DNA of 59,286 bases from Nemertoderma westbladi (Eukaryota > Animalia > Xenacoelomorpha): positions 1-59,286 of the forward strand of contig JAUCBJ010004794.1 in assembly GCA_032718475.1 (NCBI GenBank). Direction: 5' to 3'. The notes under the pieces were generated by a model, which saw only the letters and a list, made by a program, of their open reading frames with translations, was not told where the DNA came from and searched no databases. Position numbers and translations under genes: made by a program. Positions 58,986 through 59,286 of the stretch are shown in pieces (position 1 is the first letter of the stretch; every line of letters begins with the position of its first letter).

Positions 58986-59286
58986 GAAAATTGATAGCAC
59001 GGCTCAGACTTGCACTACAGCACTAAGTCAGTACCGGTAAGTAGACCTACCCCTGGCAGTCTGCCGACTACCGGTAACAGGGTGACAATACAGATAAGAC
59101 TGTAAGAAATACTGAAATAATAAGCCTCCTACAGTCCTACTTGCTACCGGTACTTGGCTGCTTGGTGTGCTTTAGGCCAGTACAGCAGTAGGCAGGCAGG
59201 TACGTGGTAGGAGATTTCGCGCAGTATTTCTGCTGTGCGCGCCAATCTCACAGTCTCACGCAGAATTTCTGCTGCGCGCGCCAATC

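Noticed and set aside
57707-59026. Lys-rich and Phe-rich ORFs
   Set aside because: Products of the AAAAAGCAC repeat in the foldback TIRs.

Overview
Eukaryotic, most likely invertebrate-animal, repeat-rich genomic DNA with three parts. (1) ~0.5-13.5 kb: a decayed Maverick/Polinton (adintovirus-like endogenous virus). It carries pPolB, an unexpected TBP-like gene, packaging ATPase, PW, a PZ remnant, integrase, two tandem penton paralogs split by a 1.3-kb inversion, a PM-like protein, major capsid protein, adenain protease and two unknown minus-strand ORFs. (2) ~13.5-29 kb, 34-42 kb and 53.7-59.3 kb: nested non-autonomous DNA transposons (several with clear TIRs and TSDs), LINE and Gypsy fragments, and satellites. 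(3) An intronless full-length topoisomerase II gene (29.0-34.0 kb). About 8 kb downstream lies an inverted head-to-tail array of ~3.49-kb TOP2-derived units. These units gain a new ATG at the start of the ATPase domain and share a perfect 46-bp hairpin insertion that splits the enzyme into an 894-aa ORF and a re-initiating C-terminal ORF. The split-TOP2 array and the Maverick TBP-like gene are the best candidates for undescribed biology. Family assignments come from motif recognition by eye, not database searches.
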